Assembly (NCBI GenBank): GCA_965240325.2
Contig: OZ251249.1
Span: 558,001 to 622,000 of the forward strand
Direction of reading: 5' to 3'
Length of the DNA: 64,000 nucleotides
From: Rebecca billardiae RCC1528
Taxonomy: Eukaryota > Protista > Haptophyta
Made by a program: the position numbers and the translations under genes. This document shows, one piece after another, positions 42,901 through 56,078 of the stretch (position 1 is its first letter; the number at the start of each line of letters is the position of its first letter). The notes beneath the pieces are model-generated. The model was not told the DNA's origin. It worked only from the letters and a program-made list of their open reading frames with translations, and did no database searches.

Positions 42901-45900
42901 GAGCGCACTCTGTCCCTGCTCGCGCGCGCGCGCGCGCAGCCGCGGCGCGGCGTGGAGCACCTGCTGCGCGCGCTGAGCGAGGCGGAGCTGCTCTTCGCGT
43001 GCCGCCGGCTGCTCACGCTGCTCGTGCTGCCACCCGGCGCGCCGCTGCTGCTCGGCGGCGAGGACGGAACAATGGCGGCGCTCATTCTGGACGGCGATGC
43101 GGCGGAGGAAAGTCCGCAGCCGCCGGGCGCGGGCGGCGCGGGCGGCGCGGGCGCGGGCGGCGGGCTCGAGGGGGGCGAGGAGGCGGCGGGCAGCGGCAGC
43201 GGCAGCGAGGCGCCCGGCTCCGGCTCCGGCTCGGGCGCCGACGACGCGCGCGACGCCGACGCCGACGCCGACGACGACGCCGACGCCGACGCCAACGCCC
43301 AGCCACCTTCGGGTGCCGACGCGGAGCGCGCGCGCGCGGGCCGCGCGCGCGCCGGCCGATATGGCGCTGGCGACGTGGTCGGCGAGCTGGCGCTGTTCCA
43401 CGGGGGCAGGCGGCCGGTGACGGTGCGCGCGCGGACGGCGCTGACGGTGGCGCTACTCCCCTTTGCCGAGCTCGAGCGCTGGAGTGCGGAGGGCGCCGGC
43501 GCCGACGACGCCTCGCCAAGCGCGCGGCTGGGCGCGGGCGCGCACGCCAAGCTGTGCGCTGCGCTTGCCCACGCCGTGCTGGCGCGCACGGGCGCGGTGC
43601 CGCCGTCGCCGCCGCCGCGCGGCGCGGGCGCGGCGGGCGGGGCGGACGGCGCCGCGGACGCCGACGCCCCCGCGCTGCACCTCGAGGACACGCTGCGCGA
43701 GCTGGCGGCGATGCGCGCCGCGCGCCGCTGGGCGGAGCGCGCTGAGGCGGCCGTGCCGCCGGCTGCGGGCGGCGGGCATGGCGGCGGCGAAGGCGGCGGC
43801 GGAGGCGGCGAGGGCGGCGCGGCGGCGGTCGCGGTGCACTTTGGGCGGGAGCTGGTCTTCCGCCGGCGCGCGGTGATGGACGGCGACGCCCCAGACGCCG
43901 AGAGCGTGCGCACACACCTCCCGCCCGCACCGGCGTCCGCCGCGCGCGCCGGCCTCGCGCGTCGCGCCGCCGCGGGCGGCGCCGCCGACGGCGCCGCCGC
44001 GCGCACCGGATACTGGGCGTGGCTTGGCTTGGCGCCGGGCGCTCGGGAGGAGGAGGTGGCGGCGGCGGGCGCGGGCGCGCTCGCCGCGTCGGCCGCGGAC
44101 GGCGGCGGCGGCGACGCCGCGCTCGCCGCCGCCGCCGCCGTGCTCTCATCCGAGCGCGCGCGCGGCGGCTACCGCGCGTGCGTGTGCGCGCGCGCGCTCG
44201 CGCACGCGGACGCAGAGGGGGCGTGCGCGCGCGCGCTCGCGAGGCTCGACGGCGGCGGGGGCGGCGGCGAGAGCGAGGCTGAGTGGGCGGTGGTGCTGCC
44301 GGCGGCGCTGTGGCACGCGCAGCCACACACGCTCAGCGTGCACGCGCGCTCACGCGCGCTCGTGCTCGCGCCCATGGGCACGGCCACGCTTGCGGCGGTG
44401 GCGACGGCGGCGGCAGTCGCGGACGGCGGCGGCGGCGACGGCGGCGGCGACGGCGGCGGCGGCGACGGCGACGGCGGTGCGTGGGCACTGGACTGCGCGG
44501 ACATCGCGTACGCGCGGCCGCTGCCGAGCTGCGCGGCCGGCCTCGTGCTGCAGGTGCGTCCCACGCCCATCCGCTCGCCCAGGGCCCGCCGCGCCGCGCC
44601 GCCGCGCCGCCCGCGCCGCCCGCGCCGCCCGCGCCGTGCCGCGTGGCAGCGCGCACGCGCGCACGCGCGCACGCGCGCCTGACCGCGGGTTGGCGTGCGG
44701 CGCGCGCCTGCGCGCGCGCGTGCGCAGGCGGCTGGACTGGACCTCGGCCGCCCGGTCGAGCTGAGCGTGGGCAGCGGCCGCGCGCGCGACCTGCTGTGCT
44801 GCCTGCTCGAGCGGTGCGCATCAGCGCGCGCGCACGCGCACACGCGCGCGCACGCGCGCACACGCGCACGCGCGCGCCGCGCGCCGCGCGCCGCGCGCCG
44901 CGCCCGCCGCGCGCCGCGCCGCGCGGGGCTGTGTTGCCGCCACCGCGCGTGCGCGCGCAGGCGGGCGTGTGCGCTTGTGTGCGCGCGCGCGCGGCCGGCA
45001 GGGCCACTCACGCGCGCCGCCCGGCCGCGCGCGCCGCGCCAACCCCACCGCAGGCTCCGCACCGCGCCCGCGCCCGCCGCGCCGCGCCCCGCGCCGCCGC
45101 CGCTGCCGGCCGGAGCTGACGGTAGCCTGCCGCCGCCGTGTGTCCAAAGCGGCGAGGTGCGCGCGCAGCCGCGCCGCGGCGCGCCGCCGCTCGGGCGCGG
45201 TGCTCAGGCCGGCAGCCTGCCGCGCCCGCGCCGCGCGTGCGCTCGGGGCCGGGGCGCGCCCCGCCCGGCAGCTGACCGCGCGCCCCCCCAGCCCTGCCCC
45301 CGCCGCGCCGCGCCGCGCCGCGCCGCGCCGCGCCGCGCCGCGCCGCGGCATGGCGGCACGCGCGCGCGCGCCACACCCGCCTTCCGCGGCGCACGCCGGA
45401 TCCGCGCGGCGCAGCTCGAGCTCGGCTGCACGGGCGTGTCCGGGGCTGCGGTCGCCGAGGTCCGGTGGTGGCTGCCGGCGCGCGCGCTGCTCGGCCGCGG
45501 CGCCCTGCTGCTGCTCGCCGCGCGCCGCGCCGACGCGCGCGCGCCGGCGCCGGCGCCGCTCGGCGCGCGGAGCGCGTTGCGCGCGGCGGACGCGCGCGTG
45601 CATGCGGTGCGCGCCCCGCGCCGTCCGCGCGCGCGCGCGCGCGCCAGCCAGCCCCCCGCGGCGCCACGCCCCGACGGCGCGCGCGCGCGCGCCTCGACCC
45701 CCTGCTCCGCACTCTCACGATTCGAACACCCTGTGTGTCGCGGCCGCGCGCGCGCGCGTCTTGCCAATGGCGGCGCGCGCGCTCGCTCGCTCGCTCCATC
45801 CGTCGGCGGTGCCGCCGCCGCGCGCGCGGACGGCGCCGCGCCAGCTTGTGCCGCTGCTGCCTGGGACGCGCGTGCGCAGGGTGGGCGCGGCGCGGCTCGA

Positions 45901-46378
45901 GCTGTGCGCGCCGCACCCGATGCCGCGCGTCGCGCTGCGCGCCGGCTCGCGCGCCGCGGCCGACGGCTGGGCGCGTGCGCTGCGCGCGTGCGCGGCGGCG
46001 CGCGCCGACGGCGGCGCCGGCGCCTCGCCGGAGGCGGAGGCGCGCGGCGCGATGCACGGCGCACCGTGCGCGCTGCCCGACCTCGCGGAGCTGCGCGCGC
46101 GCGCGCTGGCCGACGGGCTCCCGCCCGACGAGGACGACGGCTGGGCGCGCGAGGCCGAGGCCGACGACGCACCCGAGCAGGATGGCCGCCGCTCCGGTGG
46201 CGACGGCGGCCGGTCCGACGACGACGGCGGCGGCGGCCGCCCGGGTGCGTGGCTGCGCCGCGTGTGCGCGCTCGCCGGGCTGGACGTCGAGGGCGCGCGC
46301 GTGACCGACGAGGCGTTGCGGACGGGCGACGGAGCGGCGCGGCTCTTCGCCGGCCCGCACGCGCTGCTCTGGGCGTGA
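37554..46378 (+). CDS. Large low-complexity protein with a TPR-like segment and a cyclic-nucleotide-binding-like domain; 3' exon structure uncertain
   Basis: ARMHIRKGSALEAARQYERALKAFQAALELD (TPR-like, about 41560-41650) and LLRALSEAEL...GEDG...LILDG...GAGDVVGELALFHGGRRPVTVRA (cNMP-like, about 42960-43480). Introns at 41677-41842, 42019-42279 and 44554-44727, with more downstream. It could be more than one gene. Confidence 0.55.
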
Positions 46379-47452
46379 CGCAGGCCCTGCCTGACGGGGG
46401 CCGGCCGGCGGCGGACGCGCGGCGCGGACCGGCGCGGCGGCGTGCGCCGCTCCGCGCGGCGGTGGAGCGCGCGGCCGCGTGGCGCCTGCTGGCTGCTCGC
46501 GTCTGCACCGCTGCGTGTGCTGCCGCTTAGGCAGCCGAGGCACTCCGACTAGTGACTCCGAGCGCCGCCACGCGGTCGACCCGAGGCCGAGGGCCGATGA
46601 CTCTCGCCGAGCCAGCGCCCGAGGGCGGCGCAGGCGCGAGCGGGCCGTCCAGTGACCCGAGGCCCGGGCCCCGGACGCCCGGCCGCGGTCATGAGACATG
46701 ACGCTGACACCGGCCCCAGGCCTGGCCGGCGCCCGCGGCTGGCGTCCCAGACGTGACGACGACCCCGGAGGCCCGGAACGGTCTCGCGGACTGAGATTCG
46801 GAGTGAAACTCAGAACACGGTGCCGCCGTGTCGTCATCATAGTTGTTGCTGATGCTCGTCACATCGCGAGACGCGGAGAGCAGGCGGTGAGCTAAACCCG
46901 GCACCCGGTTCGCACGCTCACCAGACTGAGGCTCAGCTCACGCGTCGACGTCATCAGCGGCCTCCGGGCGGCTCGGTCGGCAGCGCCCTCGGGGCGACTC
47001 ACGGCAACTCGCGCGCAGGTCGTCGCTTCACGGTTGTTGTCGCGCTTCAAGCGGCGGAAGATCCCTGTTCGTTCTAGCTGTAGGCCGCTGCACAGCAGTA
47101 ATCACTTGCGAGCCCGCGCCACGCGGCCACGTCCGTGTCCACCTCTGCCAACCCCGCCGGCCCGCCTGCCGCCACCGCCGGCGGGCTTGCCCCGATGAGC
47201 GAATCTGTTTTCGCGCCGGCTGTTCCGGCGGCAGTTGGAAGATGGAGCGGCGAGTCCGGCAAGGGCTGGAACGGTGCGGGTAAAAAAAGGCCGCCGTTCG
47301 AGATGCAGCGCTCCGCGCCGGCGGCGGCACGCTGCGGGGGGCGCAGTGGCGCACGCGGAAGGCAGCAGTCGTGTCGGCTGCAGCCAGTGGCAGCTTGAAC
47401 CCTCGGCCCCGCCGCCGCCCCGCGCGCGCATCGCGCGAGGAGAGCGCGCGAG

Positions 47453-47551
47453 ATGGAGCCGGTGGATCACCCGGCGGACAAGCACACGGACGTGCAGTAC
47501 GCCATGGAGGGCGGCGGCTACGACTACGGCGACGCGCACGCCGCGCCTGGC

Positions 47552-47582
<31 letters not shown>

Positions 47583-49462
47583 CTGACTCCTACAGCCAGT
47601 CGCTCGACCCGCCGCCGATGTCGTCGTTCGGCGACGGCGGCGGCGCGCCGCCGACGGCGCCGCCCGCGCCGCCGATGAACGCGGAGGAGTCGGCCACGCT
47701 GCAGTCATTCCTCGCCGGCGGGCAGGACTCGGGCGAGGGCGTCGTGCTCGACTGGGCCTTCCTGCTGCCGATCGCTCAGGCCGTGCTGCTCGGCTGCGCG
47801 GTCGTGCTCGCGGTCTCGGCGGTGGGCTCGGACGCGTGGAAGGTGGGCACGGTGTCGGACGGCTCGTTCGCCACCGTCGGCCTCTCCCGCCTGCGCATCC
47901 AAGACGCCTCGGGCGAATGGGCAACCGTGCTGCTTCGGGACGCGTGCGCCGGCGCCGCTGCGCTGCCGAGCGGCACCGGCGGCGGCGGCGGCGGCGGCAA
48001 CCGTACGGTGCGCGCGGCGGACGCGGAGGAGGCGGAGGAGCGGGGGAAGCGGAAGCTGCTCGCCGCCGCCGCGCCGCCCTACCCCATGCCCCCCGACGAC
48101 GCGTGCGCGTACGCCTCCGCCGGCGCCTCGGTGGTCGGCCTCGCGTGGACGTCTATTGCTCTGTTCATCGTCCTCGCCGCTCTGAACGGTTACGTCGCGC
48201 TCGCGGGCCGCGGCGCGTGCTCGGCGGTGCAGCCGGCCGTGCAGCCGCTCGAGGCGAAGCTCGGCGCGCTGCCGCCCGCCGTGCGCGAGTACGCGCCCAC
48301 CGCCGGCTGGGCGCTCGGCCTTCTCTTCATCGCGGTCGCGCTCATAGTGTTTGGCTCCGGCACACCGCCGGGGCTCGGCGCCGGTGTCGCGGTGGTCGGG
48401 GTGAGCTTCGGCGCGCTGCGGCTGTGCGCGCTGCTCGTGACGTGCGGGCTGGGCGTGCACGCGGCGTCGCACGTCGAGGCGTGGCGCGCGGTGCTCATCT
48501 CCGGCGCGTCGGTCACCACCGCCAAGTGGCGCGCGCTCGGCGGCGACCTGAAGACGCGCGCACTCGTCAGTCTGCTGGGCCTCTGCACCGCGCTGCATAT
48601 AATCATGTGGCTGCGCGATATCAACTGGGGGCTGACGCTGCCGCTGCTCGGCGTGGGTGCGCGCGCGCGCGCGCGCGCGCGCGAGCGCGCCGCGCCACCC
48701 GCTCTGACCCGTGCGACTGCGCCGCGCGCGCCGCGCGCCTCTGGCCCCGCCGCTGGCCGCGCCCGCCAACCGCTTGCCCGCCGCTGGCCGCGCCCGCCAC
48801 CGCGTGCCCGGCGGTGGCCGTGCCGGTGCGCTCTCTTGGCTTTCTCCTCGGGGGGCCTCCGCCACCGCCGCCCGGTCCGATGGGCGCAGTGTCCGTGCTG
48901 TTCAGCCACGCGCAGGGCCTGCTCGCGTACTGCGTGCTCACGCTCGTCGCGCTCTTCTTCGAGCTCCTGATGCTGGCAGCGGTGCGTGCCGCGCGCCGCG
49001 CGCCGTGCGGCCCCGTGCTGCGCGCGCTGTGCGCCGCGCGCCGCGCCGCGGCGGTGCGCGCGCTGGGCCCGCACCGCGCCGCGCGGTGGCGCTGCCACCC
49101 GCGCAGAGGCCGGAGGGAGGTGGGAGGGAGGAGACGCCGCGCTGCGCGTGTGCGGGCTGGCAGGCCCCGAGCGCGTCTGAGCGAGCTCCCGCGCTTGGCG
49201 CCCCCCGCCCCGCTGCGCGCGCTGTGCCCGTGTGCGCGCGCGCGGCCTGCGCCCCCGCCCGCGTGTGTTACCGCCCGCTGTGCCGCCTGCTGCGCGTCCG
49301 CCTCCGCGCCCCGCTCGCGCCCCTGCGCCCTCGCAGGAGGGCGCGCAGCTCTCGCACGGCTCCGTGGGGCTCGAGGTGCTCGACATCGTCCTGCTGGTGC
49401 TGGAGGTGGTCGCGCTGGCGGGCACCGTCTACCTCAAAATACTCGCGCCCGCGGCGCGCTGA
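47453..49462 (+). CDS. Multi-pass membrane protein of unknown function (N-terminal part weakly claudin/PMP22-like)
   Basis: Many hydrophobic helices; W...GL...C...C in the first loop; introns 48657-48889 and 48982-49336 keep the frame to TGA at 49460-49462. Confidence 0.68.
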
Positions 49463-49469
49463 GGCCGAG

Positions 49470-49705
49470 GTCGGCGCCCGCGGCGCGCTCAGGCTGAGGC
49501 TGAGGCCGGCGGGCGGCGGAGGCCGGCGCCCGCGGTGCGGGCAGGCTGAGGCGGAGGCGGAGACTGGCGCCCGCGGTGCGGGCAGGCTGAGGCGGAGGCG
49601 GAGACTGGCGCCCGCAGTGCGGGCAGGCTGAGGCGGAGGCGGAGACTGGCGCCCGCAGTGCGGTCTGCGCCTGAGGCGGAGGCGGAGGCTGGTGCCCGCG
49701 GTGCT
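49470..49705 (+). repeat. 41-bp minisatellite just 3' of the stop codon
   Basis: GGCGCCCGC(G/A)GTGCGGGCAGGCTGAGGCGGAGGCGGAGACT starting at about 49525, 49566 and 49607, with degenerate copies on both sides. Confidence 0.88.
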
Positions 49706-50259
49706 GTCTAAGAACCTGAGGCCGCGCGGGCGGGCGGGCCGAGGCGGCGGGCGCGGGCCGCGCGGCGCCGCAGCGCGTGGCAGGCGCACGCGCCGGCGCG
49801 CGCAGGCGGCGACGGCGATCCCGTTGGCATGGAAGCTCCCGCGCCCATCAAGCCCGGCACGCACTTCGGCGCGCTGCCACCTGCAATGTTCCGGCGACTC
49901 GCCGTCGGCACCGCAGCCGGGCAGTCTGACCGACCGCGCGAGTGCGTGCGGACGCGGCCAAGAAGCAGTAGAAGCACGACGCTGCGGCTGTATCTGGCCA
50001 TCTGGGAGGGCGCGGCGATCCCTCGAGGCGCCGAGCACCCAGGCCGCGGCAGCTGACGAACGGCCTGGCCGCCGCCGGCGGAAGAATATAACGCGATATC
50101 CTACATCACTGTACGACTGCTAATAAATGAGCAGACGCGAAATAAACTAATAAGAGCGCGGACGACCGTTGCGAGCGTTCGGACCGTTTCATCGGCGATC
50201 CGATCCCGTTATTTTATTCCCACCTTTGTCCTGGGAAGGTGCCCACCGTCGCCATCGTC

Positions 50260-52192
50260 ATGAGCGCGATGGCGCGGTGCACGGGCGTCCTCAACAAGCT
50301 CAAGTTCACCACGTCCAAGACGGTGGACATCCTGGACTGGCGGTTGGCGCTCTCGCAGTACGCGCTGCAGGCGCTCTTCCTCGCCTACTTCCTCTCCGAC
50401 CTGGTGCGGCGCCGCCGCAGCGCCGCCGCAGGACGCGTCCCGCACGCGAGGCGCGGCGCCGCACGTCGGTCGGCACCGCGAGCGGCGGCCCGCGCGCGCT
50501 CACGACGGCCCCTCCATCCCCGGGCGCGCGCGTGCGCGCGCGAGCAGATCATCAACAGCGGGCACCTGTACAAGGAGGTGCCGCTCGGCCGCGTGGCGAG
50601 CGCGTATGTCACGGCTGGCAAGCTCGCCGACCTGCAGGAGGGCTCTCCGGACTTTTGCGAGCGCGACAAGAGCCCCAGCTTCACGTGGGACGGGTGCGAG
50701 GACGAGCCGTTCTGGTGCGACGACAACGTGCGGTGCACGCGGCCGCAGTTCAACCAGGTGCGTCGCCTTGCGCGCAGCGCCCGCGCGTGCGGGCCGCCGC
50801 CCGCCTTGTTGCGCGCAGCGGCGCAACCGCCGCTGCTCATCACGGCCTGGCGCGCGGCGCGCGCGCGGCGCGCGCCGTGCGGGCGCACAGATGTACGCGA
50901 AGACGGACGAGGCGATGTGGCTGTTCACGTACAACAAGGACGCGATGTACATCACGCTCCCGTCGTGCGCCGGCCAGACCGGCCGCTCCAACACGTGCCC
51001 GGACGGCTTCTCCTTTGAGCGGACGGGCGGGCAGTGCCGCTGCCTCAGCATCTCGAATTACTGGATGATGGGCGCGGAGGGGCTGACGCTCAACATCGTG
51101 CCGACGTACAGTACGAGCACGACGATCCGGCCGCACATGAAGAACGACTACGCCACCGCCGTGTACGACTCGAGCGGCGCCCTCGTCAAGGAGGTCCCGC
51201 CGGGTGAACTGCTGTCCTTCTCGATGTCGGAGCTGCTCGGGCTGATCGGCGTCGGGCTGGACGAGGTGAACCCGCGCGCGGAGCAGTTCTTCAAGTCGCG
51301 CTCGGGGAGCCGGTTCAAGGACGACGAGCAGGTGTACCGCATGACGGGGCTGGAGGTCGAGCTCGAGTTCATCTTCGAGGGCGTCGTCGGAGGCACGATG
51401 CTCCCCAGCTCCGGCGCGAACGCCTCCGAGGCGGTGCCGGACACCGTGCAGCTGCGCGTGCGCGCGCGCGACCGCGGCGTGAGCTACGCGTCGTTTGGCT
51501 CGCAGATCACCTACTTGACGTACCCGGCGTACAACTGCACGCGCAGCGGGCCCGACGCGCCGTGCGAGGTGGAGGGAGAGGTCTTCGTCGACCGTTACAT
51601 GCGCGGCATCAAGGTGAGCTACTCGTTCACGGGCAAGGTGTCCACCTTCTCCATCTTCTCGCTGGTGCAGTCGCTCACCTCCTTCCTGGTGCTCTTCAAC
51701 CTGGCGAGCACGCTCGTGAGCGTCGTCGCGATGTCGCTGATGGGGCACGCGAGCAAGATCTACGAGGGCGTGCGCGCTGAGGACGTGAGCGTGGACCGCG
51801 CGCACGCCAAGATCGGCGCGCAGACCGTCATCGCCGCGCTCTCCTACGACGAGATGTGCCGCAACGGCGAGGAGATCACGGAGGGCAGGCTGGCGGGCGT
51901 GCTGAGCGCACACGGCGTCGACGCCGACGACGCGGCGCTGGTGGCGCAGTCGATCATCGCCGAGGCGACGAAGGGCGGCGGCGAGGAGTACGACGGGAAG
52001 CTGAGCTACGTCGAGTGGCGCGAGCTCGTCACCGACGACCTCGCGCCCGTTGAGAAGGTGGTCAGCGCGCTGCGCAAGCGCGCCGGACGAGAGACGGCGG
52101 CGGCCAACAAGCGCAAGGGCAGCCGCGACGTCGAGGCGACCGTCGCGCCCGAGCCGCCACCCGGCGAGGGTGATAGTGAGGCGGCCGGCTGA
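50260..52192 (+). CDS. P2X receptor-like ion channel with an EF-hand-like C-terminal tail
   Basis: FTTSKTVDILDWRL (YxTxK-like) + TM1 + GHLYKE, Cys-rich ectodomain, RGIKVSYSFTGKVSTFSI + TM2; introns 50404-50547 and 50758-50890. Confidence 0.82.
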
Positions 52193-52998
52193 GCACAGCC
52201 TGAATGGCTGATGATTAGCATATGACATATATATATTATATATATGATGCAGCTAGCGCATACTGCCTCCGGGTCGCCGATTCTGGCGGGCGCAAGGTGG
52301 AGTTCCGCCACTGCCCCAAACTTGATGAGCACCAGCAGCATGCAGCCCAGCCAGTGCCATCGGACTCGGGCACTGGCGCGCAAAGTCGCGGCCGCCCCGG
52401 CAGCGGCCCGATACTGCTGATGCAAGCGCGCATCACCTGGGCATCACCGGTCGCCTCGAGCTCCTCGCAGAGCGGCTGGAGCGCAGCCCGGCACACGCCG
52501 GCGCACAGCTCACCGGTGCCCGTGGCGCGCACAGGGTTACGGATGATCTCGTACGACACGGGACCGACGAGGGCTGGGGCCAGCGCATAATCATCGAACG
52601 AACACGACCGAGAAGGAGAGGTCACGTCGGCGTCGCTCGGCGAGTCCATCGGGACGGATTGGTGCGGCGACGACTTCGCCGAGACGGCGTGCCGTGTCCA
52701 CCGGTGGACACTGGACATTGATGCACAATCCGGTAGGCGACAGTCGTGGTACAATAGTCCGGGGCAGTGGCCCGAAGTCCGCCCAGACGAGGTGCCGACT
52801 GTCACTGCCCGCCGGTGACGTGACACTCAAGTGTGACTGATACCGGCTATAGTGGTACGGCCCTTGGTGCCAGCAGACGAGCCTGCCCGCCCCGGCCCCG
52901 GGGCCGGGCGCAGCCCGTCGCGGCCATCAGCTGCCTGCTGATGACAGACCTGGCCCTGGGACGCTGCCGAGAGTCTTCAACTGAGTGAGTTCAACTTG

Positions 52999-54596
52999 TC
53001 AGCCGGCCATTCCGTCCGCATCGCCATCGGCCTCAGGCCGGCCATCTGCCGCCAGCTCGAACAGTCTTGGGGGCGCCGGGCCGTCAGTGGCACCCTCCGC
53101 GCCGCCGCCGCCCGCCGCCACGCCGGCCACGTCGTAAGCAACGCTGCACGTCGGCAGCGCGCGGACGGCGCCGGGCACCCACATGCGCAGGCCCAGCCCT
53201 GTGCCGTGGAAGCGGAGCCGGGCCTCCGCCCCGGCGGCGGCCGCGTCTCCGCCGCCTGGCACGGACGGCACGGCCACGGGCTCGGCGCCGAGCTCGGTGG
53301 GCAGCGCGCTGACGCCGACGCCCGAGGCCGCCTCGAGCGCGCGCAGCGCGCTGGCCAGCGCCTCAGGCAGAGGGCGCACGGCCGTTGGCACGTGGCCCGC
53401 CCAGATATTCACCAGCAGGGTGACGCGCGCGCCGCCGCCGGCCGCGAGCTGCGCGGCGGCGGGGCTCGGCGCGACGTCGAGCGCGCGCGTGAGCGGCGCG
53501 CACGACGCCGGGGGCACGCCGTGCAGGAGCCGGCCGTCGAACTGAATATGCTTGCCCGGCTCCGGGAAGCTCACGTGTGCCTGCCGCGCCAGCCAGCGCA
53601 GGGTGGTGGGCGCGTCGCGGGCGCATCGGGTGAACAGTCCGACCTTGGGCATGGGCTTGGCGCGCTGGACGTTGCGCGCGCGCGCAGTGGCGCGGTGCCC
53701 CCGCCCACGCGCGGCCCCGTGCCCACCCCAGCGCCGCGCGCACTCGGCGCAGCACAGCGCCGCCGCGCGGCTCCGCTCCGCACCTCGCGCATCGGCTGTC
53801 CGACCTCGTCATTGGCTCGGTTGGACAGCACGACCGTTGGCATGGCCCCGCCGCCGGCCGGGCAGCGGAGGTAGGTGACGGTGGAGACGGCGGGCCACAC
53901 GCCCACGCCCGACTCGGCGAGCTGCTCGTCCTTGTCGTAGTGGAACGACAGCCCGCCCTCGTCCGCCTCGGCGCGCGCGGCGCCGCCCGCCTCTGCGCCC
54001 GCACCGGCGGGTCGCACCGCGCCCTCGGCCGCCATTGCCTGACACCACCACTCCGCGCCGCACGCGGCCGCGGCCGCCGGCGTGCGCGCGTGCAGCGCGA
54101 GGATGCTGCTCACTAGCCGCTCGAGCGCCGTGCGGACCGGCGTCGTGCCGTCCAGCCAGAACGTCGCCGGCGCGTCAGGCGCATCCGCCACGAGCGCCGC
54201 CTGCTCGGCCAGCGCAGTGAGCGCGGCCGGCGCCGCGCGCGAGAGCGTGGCGAGGTCCCACGCGCGGAAGCCGAAGTCGAGCCCGATGCTCGACGCGCCG
54301 AGCACGCGTCCCTCCTCGTCGGTCGGGCGGACGCGCGTCGAGCCTCCGGCCCCGACCGCGCGCGCGGCGAGCGCGCAGCCGCCGTGCCCGCAGTCGCAGA
54401 ACGCTCGGCCAAAGCCGAGGAAGTCCACGTCGTGCTCGGCGTGGCACGTACTCGCGCAGCCGTAGCACATGCCCAGGCCGTTCTCGCCGGTGAGGCCGCA
54501 CGTGCGGCACTCGTACACGCGCTGCGAGACGAGCTCCTCGCCCGAGAGGGCGAACGTGCACGTACCCGCGCTCGGATCATCGTCGTCGACCTCCAT
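52999..54596 (-). CDS. UBR-type zinc finger fused to a 2OG-Fe(II) oxygenase-like domain
   Basis: CTF...QRVYECRTC...MCYGCASTCHAEHDV...FCDCG (UBR box), then GAEWW...FHYDKDE...STVTYL...FDGRLLHGV...RVTLLVNIW (HxD...H...R); intron 53581-53783. Confidence 0.75.
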
Positions 54597-54771
54597 CGTG
54601 CCTCGTGCGTGAGCCGTCCCGGGTCGGGGGCTCGGAGCGGGGCCTGCCGCCTCGGCCCTCGGCGGCGAAATCTGTTCGCAGGCGCGACGATTTCGTCGCC
54701 ACGGCGGCAACTCGGTCGTCTCCGCCCGCCGACGCGCAGTTCAGCCTCGCGCGACTGACGCCGCGGCGAAG

Positions 54772-56078
54772 ATGGCCCCCATCGCCCTCCTGAATGGCTG
54801 CGAGCTGCAGCCGCCATCGCTCCAAGTGTACGGTCTGACCGTGGCGTTTGTGGTCGGCTGCGCGATCCCGCTCGCCGCCGTGGGCGCGGCCGTGTTCGCG
54901 CTCTCGCGCGCGAAGGTGCCCGCGGTCGTGCACCTGGCCATCGCGGCGGCGATCGCCGCCGCGCCCTTCGCGCTCTTCCCGCGCGTCGACGCCTGGCTCG
55001 GCGCCGCGCTCGCGCGCGACGCGCAGCTGGGCTTTTTCTGCGGCGCGACAGCGTTCGCTTTCGCCGCGTTCCGCGTGGTCGAGGTGGCGTGGGGCACGAC
55101 GCCGAGCGGCGCGGCGACGTCCCTGGAGAGCTGGCTCCTCTACTTCAACGCGAGCCCGGACCCGCGCTACGCCGAGGGCAAGCCGATCGCCGCGCCACCG
55201 AACGCGCTGCGGCAGCGCCTGCTCCGCGTCCCAGGCCGCCTCCTGGCAATGGGCGCTCTCTGCTCGGTGCTCGAGCCGAACGGCAAGTCGGTGTTCCACC
55301 GGCTGGCGGCACCGCCGGCACTCCCGCCTTCCGCGTACCTGCTCGCCACCAACGTGCTCTACTCCATCCTGCTGTGGCTCTTCCTCGCGTTGTGCGCGCT
55401 CGCGCGCTCCACGCGATCGCGCTTGCGCCCCTCGCGACGCGCGCGCGCGCACAGCGTGTCCTCCGCCCGTCGGCGGCCGGCGGCGGCCCCTGCGCCTGCG
55501 GCCCGACCTCCCCCGCCCTACCCACCGGCCGCCCGCCCGGCCGGCCGCGCCGGCCGCGCCTCGCCAGCTGCTTCGACATGGGCTCGTGCGCGGTGGTCGC
55601 GCAGGGCGTGGACAGTCTCCAGGCGTTTTCGAATCCGGTGTTCGGGGCGACGAGCCCGAAGGACTTCTGGGGGAAGCGGTGGAACAGGCAGGTGAACGCG
55701 CTGCTGCGCCGCTCGGTGTTCCAGCCGCTGGCGGGCGTGGCGGGCGCCACCGCCGCCGCGCTCGGCACCTTCGCCGCCTCCGCCGCTTTCCACGAATTCC
55801 AATTCCGAATCACCTTTGGCAGTGAGTATGCGCTCGGCGGCGCGTGCCGTTTCTTCGCGTGCAACGTCGGGCTCTGCGTCGCGCAGACGGCGCTGGAGAA
55901 GCTCGTGCTCCGCCGCTCGCTCGCCCTGCAGGGCGCGCTCGCGCTCGTGCCGCGCACGCTCAAGGTCGCTGCGAACATTCTCGCCATGGCGCCCTTTGGC
56001 CACCTGTTCGTCGACCTGTGGATCCGGCACGGCATGCTCGACACCATCAGCCGGATGGTGCCGACGGTGCGCTGCTGA
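54772..56078 (+). CDS. MBOAT-family wax synthase / sterol O-acyltransferase-like membrane protein
   Basis: FSNPVFGATSPKDFWGKRWNRQVNALLRRSVF...FAASAAFHE matches the wax-synthase MBOAT signature; intron 55392-55567. Confidence 0.88.
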
